A stretch of DNA of 57,923 nucleotides from Porticoccaceae bacterium UBA1989 (GCA_002335945.1 DDDD01000057.1:1-57923); one strand, 5' to 3'; positions 1-11,387 are shown, counted from the first letter of the stretch. Notes: a model not told the origin generated them from the letters alone. Numbers and translations: made by a program.

Positions 1-303
1 GCGGGTTTGGATGCTCGGCAGGTTGTTACGGTTATCTCTAAGGGTGCCGCGCAATCCTGGCAGATGGAGAACCGCCATAAAACCATGTTAGCAGGAGAGT
101 ACGACCATGGCTTTGCGGTCCAGTGGATGCGTAAAGATCTCGCCTTCGCGCTGCAAGAAGCCGAGAATAATGGCAGCCTGCTTCCCGTTACTAGCCTGGT
201 TGATAGTTATTATGCCGAGGTGCAAGAGCTGGGTGGAAATCGCTGGGATACTTCTAGTTTACTGGCGCGACTAAAATCAAAAAATGACATTAAAGGATTG
301 TAA
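1..303 (+). CDS. NAD(P)-dependent beta-hydroxyacid dehydrogenase (3-hydroxyisobutyrate/2-hydroxy-3-oxopropionate reductase family), C-terminal part; 5' end outside window
   Basis: Frame open from base 1; C-terminal family signature [14 protein letters not shown]...[11 protein letters not shown]...DTSSL. Confidence 0.85.
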   Translation, partial: AGLDARQVVTVISKGAAQSWQMENRHKTMLAGEYDHGFAVQWMRKDLAFALQEAENNGSLLPVTSLVDSYYAEVQELGGNRWDTSSLLARLKSKNDIKGL

Positions 304-305
304 GG

Positions 306-1610
306 ATGACCATGGAGACTAGTGAATTTAATCAGCAGCTGAGAGCCTTTTTAGATGCCTCGCCGACCCCCTTTCATGCGGTGTCTAGCATGGGTGACCT
401 GCTGACCGAGGCGGGTTTCACGCAACTGAGTGAGTCTGATGACTGGACCCTAACGTCGGGCGACAAACATTTTGTCAGCCGCAATGGTTCATCTATTATT
501 GCGTTTACAGTCGGCTCTGAGCCGCTCAAGGAAAATGGGTTGCGTATGACGGGCGCCCATACCGACAGCCCCTGTCTTATGGTTAAGCCCCAGCCTGAAA
601 TTTCTAAGAATGGCTATTTTCAGCTCGGGGTAGAAGTCTATGGTGGTGCGTTATTAAACCCCTGGTTTGATAGAGACCTATCGATTGCCGGTCGTGTGGT
701 TTACCGCGATGGCAATCAGCAGCTCAAGCAGCAGCTCGTGGATTTTGAACGACCTGTCGCCATGATTCCCAGTCTGGCGATACATCTAGATCGCGAGGCT
801 AATGAGGGGCGCACTGTAAATGCCCAGAAGGATATTCCGCCCATACTTATGCTGAGTAAGAAAACCGAAGATTTTCGCACACTGTTGGCCGAGGAGTTTT
901 TGCCGGCTGGTGCAGAAGTTTTAGATTATGAACTGTGCTTTTACGATACTCAGGGTGCAGCCATGGTAGGAATCAATAACGAGTTTCTCGCCTCGGCGCG
1001 ACTGGATAATCTGCTCAGCTGTTTTGTTGCCACTCAGGCCCTGTTGCAGGCCGATAGCAGCAATACCTGTTTAATGGTGTGCAACGACCATGAAGAGGTG
1101 GGTAGTGTTTCGGCGGTAGGCGCTGACGGCCCTTTCCTTGAAGCGGTTATTGCTCGTCTCAATGGCTGCCATGAAAGCCAGGAGCGCAATCGGGTTATTG
1201 AACAGTCGCTGATGATCTCTTGCGACAATGCCCATGCTGCGCACCCCAACTATCTCGACAAACATGACAGCTCTCATGGGCCTGTACTCAACGGCGGCCC
1301 AGTAATAAAAGTGAATGTGAAACAACGCTACGCAACCACCAGTGTGACCGCGAGCCTGTTTAGACAGCTCTGTGCCAGCGTTGATGTGCCAGTACAAACC
1401 TTTGTTTCTCGCAGTGATCTTGGATGTGGCAGCACTATTGGCCCTATTACGGCTTCACGCCTCGGTGTGCCAACCCTAGATGTGGGTATTCCACAGCTAG
1501 CTATGCACTCTTGCCGAGAAGTTGCAGGGTCTGAAGATCCAATGAGACTGACTTCGGTACTGACGGCGTTTTTTAATCAGCCGGGTAACCTAAGTGTAGA
1601 GATCGCTTAG
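306..1610 (+). CDS. M18 family (aspartyl) aminopeptidase
   Basis: [44 protein letters not shown] motifs. Confidence 0.95.
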   Translation: MTMETSEFNQQLRAFLDASPTPFHAVSSMGDLLTEAGFTQLSESDDWTLTSGDKHFVSRNGSSIIAFTVGSEPLKENGLRMTGAHTDSPCLMVKPQPEISKNGYFQLGVEVYGGALLNPWFDRDLSIAGRVVYRDGNQQLKQQLVDFERPVAMIPSLAIHLDREANEGRTVNAQKDIPPILMLSKKTEDFRTLLAEEFLPAGAEVLDYELCFYDTQGAAMVGINNEFLASARLDNLLSCFVATQALLQADSSNTCLMVCNDHEEVGSVSAVGADGPFLEAVIARLNGCHESQERNRVIEQSLMISCDNAHAAHPNYLDKHDSSHGPVLNGGPVIKVNVKQRYATTSVTASLFRQLCASVDVPVQTFVSRSDLGCGSTIGPITASRLGVPTLDVGIPQLAMHSCREVAGSEDPMRLTSVLTAFFNQPGNLSVEIA

Positions 1611-1721
1611 GTAATATTTTAGCTATCGTTTAAAAAGTGTTTAGAAATTATTTAGAAAGCACAGCGGGATCAAGCAACCTCTGTGTATTATGTCCACCAG
1701 CCTTAAACAGTAGAATTTTTT

Positions 1722-2729
1722 ATGACTAAGCAGCGAGTTTTAACAGGTATCACTACGTCTGGAAGTCCCCACCTAGGTAACTATGTAGGCGCCATTCGAC
1801 CTGCGATCGAGGCCAGCCGCACCGGAGACTATGAGTCCTTTTTCTTTTTGGCCGATTACCATGCGTTAATCAAAAGCCAGGACCCAGAGATGGTCCATCA
1901 ATCGACGTTGGAAATTGCTGCAGCCTGGCTAGCACTGGGGCTGGATACGGATAAGGTTGTTTTTTATCGCCAGTCAGATATCCCCGAAATTCCTGAATTA
2001 ACCTGGTTACTCACCTGCATGACTGCCAAGGGCATGATGAATCGCGCCCATGCCTACAAAGGCGCTGTGCAGGCGAACGTTGAAGCTGGGGAAGATGAAG
2101 ATGCGGCGATCAGTATGGGCCTGTTTAGTTACCCCATACTTATGGCTGCCGATATATTAATGTTTAATGCCCATAAAATCCCCGTGGGTCGAGATCAGAT
2201 TCAGCATGTAGAGATGGCGCGAGATATTGCCCAGCGTTTTAATCATCATTATGGGGAACACTTTGTGTTGCCCGCGGCTCAGGTGGACGATGACGCGGCG
2301 ATTTTGCAGGGCCTTGATGGACGCAAGATGAGCAAAAGCTATGGCAATACTATTCCTCTATTTCTCACCGAGAAGCAGCTGAAAAAACATATCAATAAGA
2401 TCAATACCAATTTGCTGGAGCCCGGCGAGCCTAAGGATCCCGATACCTCATCTGTATTTCAAATTTGGAAGGCCTTTGCCACTGCCGAGCAAACCGCTGC
2501 TATGCGCCTAGAGTTTGAAAAGGGTATTGCCTGGGGTGAGGCTAAAAAGCAGCTGTTCGAGCTGATTAATGATCAGATTAAAGAGCCCCGAGAGAAATAT
2601 CTGCAGTTGCTGGAGAACCCGGCGCAGGTGGAAGCCGTATTACAGAAGGGTGCATTAAAAGCCCGCGAGCAGAGTGCAGCGCTGATGGCTAAGGCCCGTA
2701 AATCAGTGGGTATCAGGCCGCTGGCATAG
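1722..2729 (+). CDS. trpS: Tryptophan--tRNA ligase
   Basis: HLGN (HIGH-like), [15 protein letters not shown] and KMSKS motifs. Confidence 0.97.
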   Translation: MTKQRVLTGITTSGSPHLGNYVGAIRPAIEASRTGDYESFFFLADYHALIKSQDPEMVHQSTLEIAAAWLALGLDTDKVVFYRQSDIPEIPELTWLLTCMTAKGMMNRAHAYKGAVQANVEAGEDEDAAISMGLFSYPILMAADILMFNAHKIPVGRDQIQHVEMARDIAQRFNHHYGEHFVLPAAQVDDDAAILQGLDGRKMSKSYGNTIPLFLTEKQLKKHINKINTNLLEPGEPKDPDTSSVFQIWKAFATAEQTAAMRLEFEKGIAWGEAKKQLFELINDQIKEPREKYLQLLENPAQVEAVLQKGALKAREQSAALMAKARKSVGIRPLA

Positions 2730-2828
2730 CCGATTAATTTAAATCGGGCTGGTGAGTATTTGTAGTTACCTATGTATAATGCGATCCACATTATTATCTA
2801 ACCATTTCAAGCTTCAATGGAGCCAACA

Positions 2829-3254
2829 ATGAAACAAACTTTTGGACTGATTACTTTAGCCTGTGCACTTTTGATTGGTTGTGGCGCGCAGGATGGCAGC
2901 GTTGAGTTGACTGCAACTCAGGAACAGCAAGTTGCCGAGCGTATTGCACCTGTAGGCCATGTTGTTAAAGCGGGCCAGGTAGTTGCAGCAGTAGCTAGCG
3001 CTGGCGGCGCAGGACGTTCTGGTAGCGACATTTACAGCACTAACTGCATGGGTTGTCATGCTTCAGGCGTTGCTGGTTCACCTCTATTTGGTGATGCTGG
3101 CGCCTGGGCTGAACGATTAGAACAGGGTATAGAGACTGTTTATACCAATGCTATCAATGGTATTCGTGGCATGCCTATGCGCGGCACCTGCATGGATTGC
3201 AGCGATGACGAAGTAAAGGCCGCTGTTGACCATATTCTGGATAACAGCAAGTAA
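2829..3254 (+). CDS. Cytochrome c5 family protein with lipoprotein-like signal peptide
   Basis: RIAPVG, CMGCH heme site, GMPMRGTCMDCSDDE c5-type C-terminus; ATG 2829 preceded by GGAG (ORF track start 2817 is an alternative). Confidence 0.9.
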   Translation: MKQTFGLITLACALLIGCGAQDGSVELTATQEQQVAERIAPVGHVVKAGQVVAAVASAGGAGRSGSDIYSTNCMGCHASGVAGSPLFGDAGAWAERLEQGIETVYTNAINGIRGMPMRGTCMDCSDDEVKAAVDHILDNSK

Positions 3255-3288
3255 TAGGCTGTAAACAGAATGCTCTGAATTTAAGGGC

Positions 3289-3328
3289 AAAAAAAACCGC
3301 ACTCCTTACTAAGTAGTGCGGTTTTTTT
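3289..3328. terminator. Bidirectional intrinsic terminator between cytochrome c5 and pckA
   Basis: A8-CCGCACT-(11 nt loop)-AGTGCGG-T7 between convergent genes. Confidence 0.9.
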
Positions 3329-3371
3329 ATTGCCTGCTGTAAAAGCTTTTAATCTCTGGAGCTCTTAATTT

Positions 3372-4919
3372 TTAGAGCTTTGGGCCTGCATCGATCACGT
3401 CCTGTGAGGGCGCAAAGCTGACAATGTTTTTCACGAAAAGCTCGGCTAGATTAGTCGCCTGCTCATCGTATTTGGCACTGTCATCCCAGTTATTACGTGG
3501 GTTGAGATAAGCCTTATCGACACCGGCAATTTCTGTGGGGATATCTAGGTTAAGCAGATCAAGATGCTCAGTCGCACAATTTTCCAATGACCCATTAGTG
3601 ATCGCCGTCACTACTGCGCGGGTTACCGGAATAGGGAAGCGGCTACCCGTTCCTTTAGAACCACCTGAACCACCAGTCCAACCGGTATTAACCAGATACA
3701 CCTTAGAACCAAACTCTTCGATACGGCGCATCAGTAGCTCCGCATAGACTGCAGCGGGGCGCGGCATAAACGGCGCACCAAAGCAGGTTGAGAAGGTTGG
3801 GTGAATACCGGCTTCGCCGCCCATCTCAGTAGAGCCAACGCGAGCCGTATAACCACTCAAAAAGTGATAGGCCGCGGCTTCTTTTGACAGCAGTGAAACG
3901 GGGGGTAATACACCAGTAACATCGCAGGTCAAAAAGATAATATTCTTAGGTTCGCCAGCTTGGTTTTCGATGCAGCGTTTTTCAACATGTTCTAAGGGAT
4001 AGCTGCAGCGACCATTTTCAGATAATGAGGTGTCGCAGTAATCGGCGACCAGAGTCTCTTCATCGATCACGACATTCTCAATAATGGCGCCAGACTTAAT
4101 GGCATCCCAGATAACTGGCTCATTCTTCTGGCTAAGGTCGATGGTCTTGGCGTAACAGCCACCTTCTAAATTAAAGACCGTACCCTTGCCCCAACCGTGC
4201 TCGTCATCACCGATCAAGAAACGATCTGGATCAGCTGAAAGGGTAGTTTTACCTGTGCCCGAAAGGCCAAAGAACAGTGCGGTATCACCGTCGTCACCGA
4301 CATTGGCTGCACAGTGCATAGACATAACGTCATTGCCTGGTAGCAGATAGTTCTGCACTGAGAACATGGCTTTTTTCATTTCGCCGGCGTAACGCATGCC
4401 AGCCAAAAGTACTTTGCGTTGAGCAAAGTTAATAATGACTACACCATCACTGTTGGTGCCATCGCGCTCAGGGTCACAGACAAAGTTGGCTGCATGAAGA
4501 ATTTTCCACTCGCCTTTTTCACCATGGTTATAGCTGTCGGCGCGAATAAACATATTGTGTGCGAACAGAGCATGCCAAGCAGTTTCAGTAGTGACGTTAA
4601 CCGGAATGTAATGGGTAGCGTCCTGGCCTACATGAAGGTTTGAGACAAAGCGTTCTTTATCGGCAAGATAATGATCAACGCGCTCCCAGAGAGTATTGAA
4701 ACTATCTTCGCCAATAGGGCGGTTGACTGAACCCCAATCGATAGAATCCGATGAACTGGGTTCATCAACAATAAATCTATCGCCAGGTGAGCGGCCGGTA
4801 CGGCGGCCAGTGACAGCTAAAAAGGCGCCGGTACTGCTTAGGCGGCCCTCGCCTCGTTGTATTGCAATATCTGTAAGCTCGCTAGAGCCCAAATCTGTGT
4901 GAATTGGTGCCTCGGCCAT
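3372..4919 (-). CDS. pckA: Phosphoenolpyruvate carboxykinase (ATP)
   Basis: [52 protein letters not shown]. Confidence 0.97.
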   Translation of the reverse strand: MAEAPIHTDLGSSELTDIAIQRGEGRLSSTGAFLAVTGRRTGRSPGDRFIVDEPSSSDSIDWGSVNRPIGEDSFNTLWERVDHYLADKERFVSNLHVGQDATHYIPVNVTTETAWHALFAHNMFIRADSYNHGEKGEWKILHAANFVCDPERDGTNSDGVVIINFAQRKVLLAGMRYAGEMKKAMFSVQNYLLPGNDVMSMHCAANVGDDGDTALFFGLSGTGKTTLSADPDRFLIGDDEHGWGKGTVFNLEGGCYAKTIDLSQKNEPVIWDAIKSGAIIENVVIDEETLVADYCDTSLSENGRCSYPLEHVEKRCIENQAGEPKNIIFLTCDVTGVLPPVSLLSKEAAAYHFLSGYTARVGSTEMGGEAGIHPTFSTCFGAPFMPRPAAVYAELLMRRIEEFGSKVYLVNTGWTGGSGGSKGTGSRFPIPVTRAVVTAITNGSLENCATEHLDLLNLDIPTEIAGVDKAYLNPRNNWDDSAKYDEQATNLAELFVKNIVSFAPSQDVIDAGPKL

Positions 4920-5076
4920 TCTCTTCCTCTCTTCCCAAAGTGAACGAAAATAAGTAACTGGGATCCTCTGATCCCGGATCGGGGATTATGCCAGATTCTG
5001 AGTCGTCTGACCTCATCTATGTGCGGTCTTTTGCGAGACTATTGTGAGGTGACCGGAAGGCTATTGCGAACGGGGT

Positions 5077-5955
5077 TTAGTGCAATGTTGCCTGGGGGCC
5101 GCTGAAGAGTGCTTCGATATAATTTTCGTCAAAACGATATTCTTCATCGCAGAACTGACAGGTAATAAGCACCAATCCTTGCTCTGCAATAATCTCGCGC
5201 ATCTCAGTGATGCCCAAATTGGTTAGGGCACTCTCTGTTCTCTGCTTCGAGCAACTGCAAAAAAACTTCATGGCGATCGGATCAAAGAGGCGAACTTCTT
5301 CTTCGTGGAATAGTAAATATAACTGGTCATTATGAGAGAGGCTGAGTTGCTCTTCGGTCTTTACGGTATCGAGTAGGGTCGACACATGTTCCCAGTCGGC
5401 GATGTTTTTTTCAATGTCGCCAGTGCTGGGTAACTGTTGAATCAGAATACCTGCAGCGATTTCGGGGCTTGCGCTCAACTTAATTTTGGTCGACAGCTGT
5501 TCCGACTGCTGAAAATAAAATTCTAAACATTGGCTGAGATTGCCGGCATCCATGGGAACTATGCCCTGATAACGCTCGCCACCCTCAGGTTCAATAGTAA
5601 TGGCCAGAGTGCCTTTGCCCAGCATGCCCTGCAATGTGATTTGCTCTTCGGCAGCCTCTAAATCCCCTTGGACAATACCGCGCAATTTTGTGCCTGCGGT
5701 ACATTCGGCCATGATGGTAGACAGGGGGCCATCGCCACGTACCTGAATGGAAATAATGCCGGGAAATTTAAGCGAGGCGCTAAGCAAGCTGGCAGCGGCA
5801 AGAAACTCACCGTATAGCTGTGCCACTAATGGTGGGTAGTTCTGTCGGCTGGCAACGTTTTGATAGCTAGATTCGAGGGTTACTATATCGCCGCGAATAT
5901 CGGTACCGTCAAAGAGGAAGCGCTGTAATGTATCGTGATTTTTCATAGGCGGCAT
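5077..5955 (-). CDS. hslO: Hsp33 redox-regulated chaperone
   Basis: D.LQRFLF, YQGIV, YFQQSEQL, C-terminal CSC...CQFC zinc motif; start may be 5946. Confidence 0.95.
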   Translation of the reverse strand: MPPMKNHDTLQRFLFDGTDIRGDIVTLESSYQNVASRQNYPPLVAQLYGEFLAAASLLSASLKFPGIISIQVRGDGPLSTIMAECTAGTKLRGIVQGDLEAAEEQITLQGMLGKGTLAITIEPEGGERYQGIVPMDAGNLSQCLEFYFQQSEQLSTKIKLSASPEIAAGILIQQLPSTGDIEKNIADWEHVSTLLDTVKTEEQLSLSHNDQLYLLFHEEEVRLFDPIAMKFFCSCSKQRTESALTNLGITEMREIIAEQGLVLITCQFCDEEYRFDENYIEALFSGPQATLH

Positions 5956-6052
5956 TGTACTTATTCTGTGAGACTAAAGCTTGATTAACCCATAAATATT
6001 AATGGCTTCAGGTGTTTTTATTAGATGGGCGGTAGTCGTTACTCTTTACTAC

Positions 6053-6442
6053 TTACTGGTCCGTATCATTGATATTTACAAACCGATGAATTTGGCGGCG
6101 CTGTTTTTTGTTGGGACGCACAGAGGCTGGGGTCGAGCCATAGAATGCACTGCGTTCGGCAGATGTCTTTTCGCGCAGCTCAAGACTTTCCTGGGGTTCT
6201 CGATAGAGCAGTTCAGCTTCTGGCGCGCCACGGCGATGTTCTGACAGGGCCATCACTTCAACCGTCTTGCTGGTGTCTCCCTGACGGATATGCAACATCA
6301 AGCCTAGCTCAAGCATGCGGCTAGGTTTGGATTTTTGCCCATCAATATGGACCTTGCCGCCCTCGATCGCTGATTTGGCCAGGGACCGGGTTTTATAAAA
6401 CCGTGCCGCCCAGAGCCATTTATCGATGCGTACCTTTTCCAT
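6053..6442 (-). CDS. hslR: Ribosome-associated heat shock protein Hsp15 (S4 domain)
   Basis: VRIDKWLWAARFYKTRSLA, RPNKKQRRQI; upstream of hslO. Confidence 0.96.
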   Translation of the reverse strand: MEKVRIDKWLWAARFYKTRSLAKSAIEGGKVHIDGQKSKPSRMLELGLMLHIRQGDTSKTVEVMALSEHRRGAPEAELLYREPQESLELREKTSAERSAFYGSTPASVRPNKKQRRQIHRFVNINDTDQ

Positions 6443-6445
6443 AAT

Positions 6446-7123
6446 TTAGAGACTGTCCTTGAAGTTGAGAATCTGTTGAAAATCCGCAAGGGACTGAAAG
6501 CCAGACGATAGTCGCGCCTGCTGTTGGCTGTCAGGTTGGTCGATACAGAGTAAATGGGCAATGCCGTACTTTTCAGCAGAGCGAAGCACAGGCTCTGAAT
6601 CGTCGATAAATAATGTTCTGGCGGGATCAAAGGGCATATTTTCCTGGAGCTGCTGCCAAAAGAGCTGATTTTCTTTTGGGTAGCCGTAGTCGTGAGATGA
6701 AATCACCAGATCGAGATGCGGTTCGATAGTGGTCACGGAAAATTTGATATCAACACTGTCACGGTGAGCATTGGTAATTAAAATACGCTGCTTACCTTGG
6801 TTGCCCAGCGCTTTTAAAAAGTCGAGTACCTGGGGGCGTTCGCCCACCAGATGCAGTACCTCTCGCTTAAGTTCAACTATATCCACATTGAGTTGGCCGG
6901 ACCAGAAATCGGTGCAATACCAATCTAGAGTTCCCTGTATCGACGCCATACGTTGCCTGATGTCGAGGCGCGCCTCATCCACATCTACACCATGCTGTTC
7001 GCTGTAACGCTTGGGTAGGTGATGAAGCCAAAAGAAGCTATCAAAATGCAGGTCTAACAGGGTGCCATCCATATCGAGCAGCACGGTGTCTATGTTATTC
7101 CAGTCAGGGATTATTGGACTCAT
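6446..7123 (-). CDS. yrfG: HAD-family GMP/IMP nucleotidase
   Basis: W..IDTVLLDMDGTLLDLHFD, GYPKE, TLFIDDS; start placed at ATG 7123 (MSPIIPDW), 1 bp after the mrcA stop, rather than the ORF-track start 7393. Confidence 0.92.
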   Translation of the reverse strand: MSPIIPDWNNIDTVLLDMDGTLLDLHFDSFFWLHHLPKRYSEQHGVDVDEARLDIRQRMASIQGTLDWYCTDFWSGQLNVDIVELKREVLHLVGERPQVLDFLKALGNQGKQRILITNAHRDSVDIKFSVTTIEPHLDLVISSHDYGYPKENQLFWQQLQENMPFDPARTLFIDDSEPVLRSAEKYGIAHLLCIDQPDSQQQARLSSGFQSLADFQQILNFKDSL

Positions 7124-7124
7124 G

Positions 7125-9617
7125 TTAAAACAGATCTTCTGGTAATGGACTTTGATTGTCGGCTGGGGCGATGCTACCAGCATTGATAAGTTCTGGGACA
7201 TTATCGGTTCTAAAGAACTCAAAAATACCTGTTTGATTGGGGCCAACGCGCTTACCTGTTTTGGCATCAATTTTAACCATAACAATGCCATTGGGCTGGG
7301 GATGTTTGACGTCCGGTTTACCCGCCAGTGCTGCGCCCATAAATTCGATCCAGATGGGTAGCGCCGCAGAGCCGCCATATTCATTGCGGCCAATCAGAGC
7401 ATTGTTATCAAAGCCAACCCAGGCAGTGGTGACAAGATCTGGAGAATAGCCAGAGAACCAAGCATCTCTGGGACCATTGGTCGTACCCGTTTTACCCGCC
7501 AAGTCGGTGCGGTTAAGTTTTTTAGCCTTGGTACCGGTGCCGCGCAAAATAACGTCCTTGAGCATTGAATCAATTAAAAATGCAGTCTGTTCGTCAATCA
7601 CGCGGGTGGCCGGAACCATGCTCACATTATTACTGTTCTGTAGGGCCTGCTTAATGACAGCCCAGCTCTCTTTCTCATTGTCGGGCAGGGATTCCTGAGC
7701 CAAATTATTAAGGAGTTCTTCGAGCCGAAAATCAATCGAATCCACGACATCGCTGGCAACGGTCTCTTCACAGGGATTACAAACGGTCGCTGGACTGGCC
7801 TGATAAATAATGGCGCCATTGCGGTCAATCACCTTATCGAGAATATGCGGTGTGACCCTGTATCCGCCATTGGCAAATACGGCGTAACCGGCGGCTATCT
7901 CCAAAGGGGTTAATGCATGACTGCCAAGTGCCAGTGAGAGATCGAGCGGCATATCGCTGGTATTGAAGCCAAAAGCCTGCAGACCTTCTAACGTGCGGTC
8001 TATACCCATGCGTCGCAGTAAGCGTATAGAGACAAGGTTGCGCGAACGATACAGGGCTTCACGGAGTCGGGTAGGGCCATAAAACTTGCCGCCATCGTTC
8101 TCTGGTCGCCAGGTATCTTCCAATTTACTGTCGTCAAACACGACGGGAGCATCGTTAATAATAGAGGCAGCGGTAAATCCACTGCTTAGAGCCGTGGTGT
8201 AAACAAAGGGCTTAAAGTTAGAGCCAGGTTGGCGTGTGGCCTGAGTAATTCGGTTAAACCGGCTCTGTCTGTAATCAAATCCGCCCACTAGGGCTCGTAT
8301 ACCACCATTATTAGGGGCTAGGGCAACCATGGCTGCCTGGGCTTCTGGCAGCTGTGCAAGGCTGACTCGATCCTCGGAATGACGGTGAATACGAATCAAG
8401 TCGCCGACAGTAAATAGGTCACCCGCAGATGCAATAGGTGCGCTGCGGGCGTTGACGGTTCTGTAAGTTCTAAGGTCTTCCAGGCCATCTGCCCAGTTTA
8501 ACGGTAATTGCAGGCCATCTTTGCTGAGTAGCTGTAAATGGTCCTCGGCAACCTCAGTGATTATGGCGGGCTCCAGGCCGCCATAGACTCGGGCTTTCCT
8601 GAGTACTTCCGCCCAGCTGTCCTCTTCAAGCCCTGACTGCTCTACACCACGATAGCCGTGGCGTCGATCGTAGGCCATTATTCCCGCCTGCAAGGCTTTA
8701 ACTGCATGGGCTTGCATAGCCGAATCTAGGGTAGTAATCGCGGTGTAACCTTCGGTGTAGGCTCTGAGGCCAAACTTACTGATTACTTCTTGGCGCACCA
8801 TCTCGGCGACATAGGAGGCGTCTATCTCTGACACAGAGCCATGGTAAGAGGCATTGTCTAGTTCGGCGATTGCAGCCTGATATTCCAAATCAGTGATATT
8901 ACCAAGGGATAACATACGGCCAAGGATCCAGTTTCTGCGCTGCATGGCCCGCTCTGAATTAGCCAGAGGGTTATAGCGGGATGGCGCCTTGGGTAAACCC
9001 GCGATAGTGGCGACTTCGCCTAGGCTCAACTCATCGAGGGTTTTGCCATAGTAAACCTGTGCCGCGGCGCCCACGCCATAGGCTCTGTTACCCATGTATA
9101 TTTTATTGGTATAGAGGGAAAGAATTTCCTGCTTCGAAAGCTCTTCTTCGATTCTAAAGGCAAGCAAAATCTCGTTAAACTTGCGAGTGAACTCCTGACG
9201 TTTACTCAAGAAGAAATTGCGCGCTACCTGCATGGTGATGGTACTGCCGCCACTACGAATCGATCCTGTCGTCACCAGTTCGACCGCTGCTCTTGCCAGG
9301 CCAGAGATAACAATGCCTTTATGTTCAAAGAAACTGTCGTCTTCGGCCGCCAAGAAAGCATCGATCATGTTCTGAGGTATTTCCTCAAAACTGACGGGCG
9401 AACGCTTCTTTTCACCAAATTCAGCGATAATTTTCAGATCTTGTGAATGAATTCGCAGTGGAATCTGTAACTCGATCTCCTTTAGCTCCTCGACTGATGG
9501 GAGTTTTGGGCTAAGGTAAAGGTATAAACATGAAGCAACCACAAGGAACCCACCACTTCCAAGCGCAGTAAGGATAGAGAGGTACTTCAAGAGGTTACGT
9601 TTTGTTAAGGACCGCAT
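7125..9617 (-). CDS. mrcA: Penicillin-binding protein 1A (transglycosylase/transpeptidase)
   Basis: N-terminal TM anchor, AAEDDSF, GGSTITMQ, RKFNE, SNFK (SxxK), SRN (SxN), KTGT; divergent from pilM. Confidence 0.96.
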   Translation of the reverse strand: MRSLTKRNLLKYLSILTALGSGGFLVVASCLYLYLSPKLPSVEELKEIELQIPLRIHSQDLKIIAEFGEKKRSPVSFEEIPQNMIDAFLAAEDDSFFEHKGIVISGLARAAVELVTTGSIRSGGSTITMQVARNFFLSKRQEFTRKFNEILLAFRIEEELSKQEILSLYTNKIYMGNRAYGVGAAAQVYYGKTLDELSLGEVATIAGLPKAPSRYNPLANSERAMQRRNWILGRMLSLGNITDLEYQAAIAELDNASYHGSVSEIDASYVAEMVRQEVISKFGLRAYTEGYTAITTLDSAMQAHAVKALQAGIMAYDRRHGYRGVEQSGLEEDSWAEVLRKARVYGGLEPAIITEVAEDHLQLLSKDGLQLPLNWADGLEDLRTYRTVNARSAPIASAGDLFTVGDLIRIHRHSEDRVSLAQLPEAQAAMVALAPNNGGIRALVGGFDYRQSRFNRITQATRQPGSNFKPFVYTTALSSGFTAASIINDAPVVFDDSKLEDTWRPENDGGKFYGPTRLREALYRSRNLVSIRLLRRMGIDRTLEGLQAFGFNTSDMPLDLSLALGSHALTPLEIAAGYAVFANGGYRVTPHILDKVIDRNGAIIYQASPATVCNPCEETVASDVVDSIDFRLEELLNNLAQESLPDNEKESWAVIKQALQNSNNVSMVPATRVIDEQTAFLIDSMLKDVILRGTGTKAKKLNRTDLAGKTGTTNGPRDAWFSGYSPDLVTTAWVGFDNNALIGRNEYGGSAALPIWIEFMGAALAGKPDVKHPQPNGIVMVKIDAKTGKRVGPNQTGIFEFFRTDNVPELINAGSIAPADNQSPLPEDLF

Positions 9618-9753
9618 TTTTCAGCCACCAGTAAAATGAAGGTCTATTATAAGGTGTAGGTAATGTGAAGTGCATCATTTGCGAGCAAGGGAAACACTGT
9701 TAATGTCGTTTCTCGCCAAGGTTGGCCCCACTATAAAGGATGATAGCTAAGAA

Positions 9754-10821
9754 ATGAGATTTTTAGAGTTTTTATCAAAGCCCGCTAAACCTATGCTCGG
9801 ACTTGATATTTCATCTTCTGCCGTTAAGTTAATTGAGCTAAGTAAGTCTGCAGAAGGCTACAAAGTCGAAGCTTATCGCGTTATGCCGATACCCGCCAAC
9901 ACCGTTGTCGAGAAGAACATTGCCGATGTTGAAGCTCTGGCTGAGGCCATCGAAAAGGTTGTGGCTCGTTCTGGCACCAAACTTTCTGATACAGCAGTCG
10001 CAGTATCGGGCTCCTCTGTTATCACTAAAGAGATCGAATTACCTGCTGGCTTGACCGATTTGCAGATGGAAATGCAGATTGAAGTCGAGGCGGATCAGTA
10101 CATCCCTTATCCCATGGAAGAGGTCGCTTTTGATTTTGATGTCTTGGGCCCTGTAGAAACCAATGCTGATTTGGTACGTGTACTATTAGCCGCTTGCCGA
10201 CAAGAAAACGTTGAACACCGCCGCCAGGCCTTGGAGTTGGCTGGGCTCAACCCCAAAGTAGTCGATGTCGAAGGCTTTGCTGTTGAGCGAGCCTACAAAC
10301 TGATGGAAGATCAACTCGATGATGTGGGTGATCAGGTTGTGGCCATTGCTGATATTGGCGCCACCATGTTCACCTTCACCGTGTTGATGGACGGCAAAAC
10401 TATCTACACCAGAGAGCAATTATTCGGTGGCAAACAGCTTACGGAAGAAATTCAGCGTCGATATGGGCTGTCCTACGAAGAAGCGGGGGAGGCGAAGCGC
10501 AATGGTGGCCTTCCTGAGGACTATGAAACCGAAGTGCTCGGTCCGTTTAAAGAATCATTGATTCAACATATCACCCGATCACTGCAGTTCTTTTATTCTT
10601 CCAGCCAGTACAATTATATTGACCAGCTTTTCTTAGCTGGGGGTGTCTCGGCACTGGATGGTTTAGTCGAGGAGGTAGAGCATTCTCTCGGTTTGCCGGT
10701 CGCCGTTGCCAATCTTCTATCAAATATGCAGATTAACAAATCAATCAATGGTTCCTCCCTAGCAAATGACGGCCCCGCCATGATGCTGGCCGTGGGATTG
10801 GCGTTAAGGAGTTTTGATTAA
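9754..10821 (+). CDS. pilM: Type IV pilus assembly protein PilM
   Basis: LGLDISSSAVKLIEL actin-like fold, EADQYIPYP, LAGG, VGLALRSFD. Confidence 0.96.
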   Translation: MRFLEFLSKPAKPMLGLDISSSAVKLIELSKSAEGYKVEAYRVMPIPANTVVEKNIADVEALAEAIEKVVARSGTKLSDTAVAVSGSSVITKEIELPAGLTDLQMEMQIEVEADQYIPYPMEEVAFDFDVLGPVETNADLVRVLLAACRQENVEHRRQALELAGLNPKVVDVEGFAVERAYKLMEDQLDDVGDQVVAIADIGATMFTFTVLMDGKTIYTREQLFGGKQLTEEIQRRYGLSYEEAGEAKRNGGLPEDYETEVLGPFKESLIQHITRSLQFFYSSSQYNYIDQLFLAGGVSALDGLVEEVEHSLGLPVAVANLLSNMQINKSINGSSLANDGPAMMLAVGLALRSFD

Positions 10822-11387
10822 TGTCGCAGATTAATTTACTTCCTTGGCGGGAAGAGTCTAGAGAGCAGCAGAAAAAAGAGTACCTCACCAAGCTAAGCTT
10901 TGTGGGTCTGCTCGCAGTGCTACTGGTATTTATATGGATTACCTTTGCCAGCACAGAACTGGCTAATCAAAACGACCGCAATGCCTATCTTGAAACCAAC
11001 ATTGCTGAACTTGATAAAAAGGTTTCTGAGATTCGGGAACTTAAAAGTAAAAAACAGGAAATGATTGCACGAATGAAAGTCATTCAAGATCTTCAGGGAA
11101 CCCGCTCTGAAATTGTTAAGGTCTTCGATGAGTTAGTCCGTGCGCTACCCGACGGGATTTATCTCTCTGAACTAGATAAAACGGGCAGCGATATAAAAAT
11201 GTCTGGGTTTGCAGAATCTAATAATCGCATATCCACATTGATGAGAAATTTGGATAAGTCGCACAAATATCAAGACTCCAACTTAGCCAAAGTTGAGCAG
11301 GACGAAACCCTAGGCACTCAGGGAAGCGTATTTGATTTACAGATAAAGGTCGAAGCTCAGGCAACGGATATAGCTGCCAGCCAATAG
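10821..11387 (+). CDS. pilN: Type IV pilus assembly protein PilN
   Basis: INLLPWRE motif followed by TM helix; TAATG coupling to pilM. Confidence 0.95.
   Translation: MSQINLLPWREESREQQKKEYLTKLSFVGLLAVLLVFIWITFASTELANQNDRNAYLETNIAELDKKVSEIRELKSKKQEMIARMKVIQDLQGTRSEIVKVFDELVRALPDGIYLSELDKTGSDIKMSGFAESNNRISTLMRNLDKSHKYQDSNLAKVEQDETLGTQGSVFDLQIKVEAQATDIAASQ

Noticed and set aside
1639-1685. Duplicated tttagaaa and a weak cacag/ctgtg hairpin upstream of trpS (possible attenuator or T-box)
   Set aside because: No Trp-codon leader peptide or T-box consensus; the repeats are short and in AT-rich DNA.
7124-7393. 90-aa N-terminal extension of yrfG overlapping the mrcA 3' end
   Set aside because: YrfG similarity starts at MSPIIPDW (7123); the extension is an incidental open frame within mrcA.
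7620-7790. CxxC plus a roughly 50-aa insertion in the PBP1A transpeptidase domain
   Set aside because: A CxxC followed by a variable-length loop at this position is common in gammaproteobacterial PBP1A.
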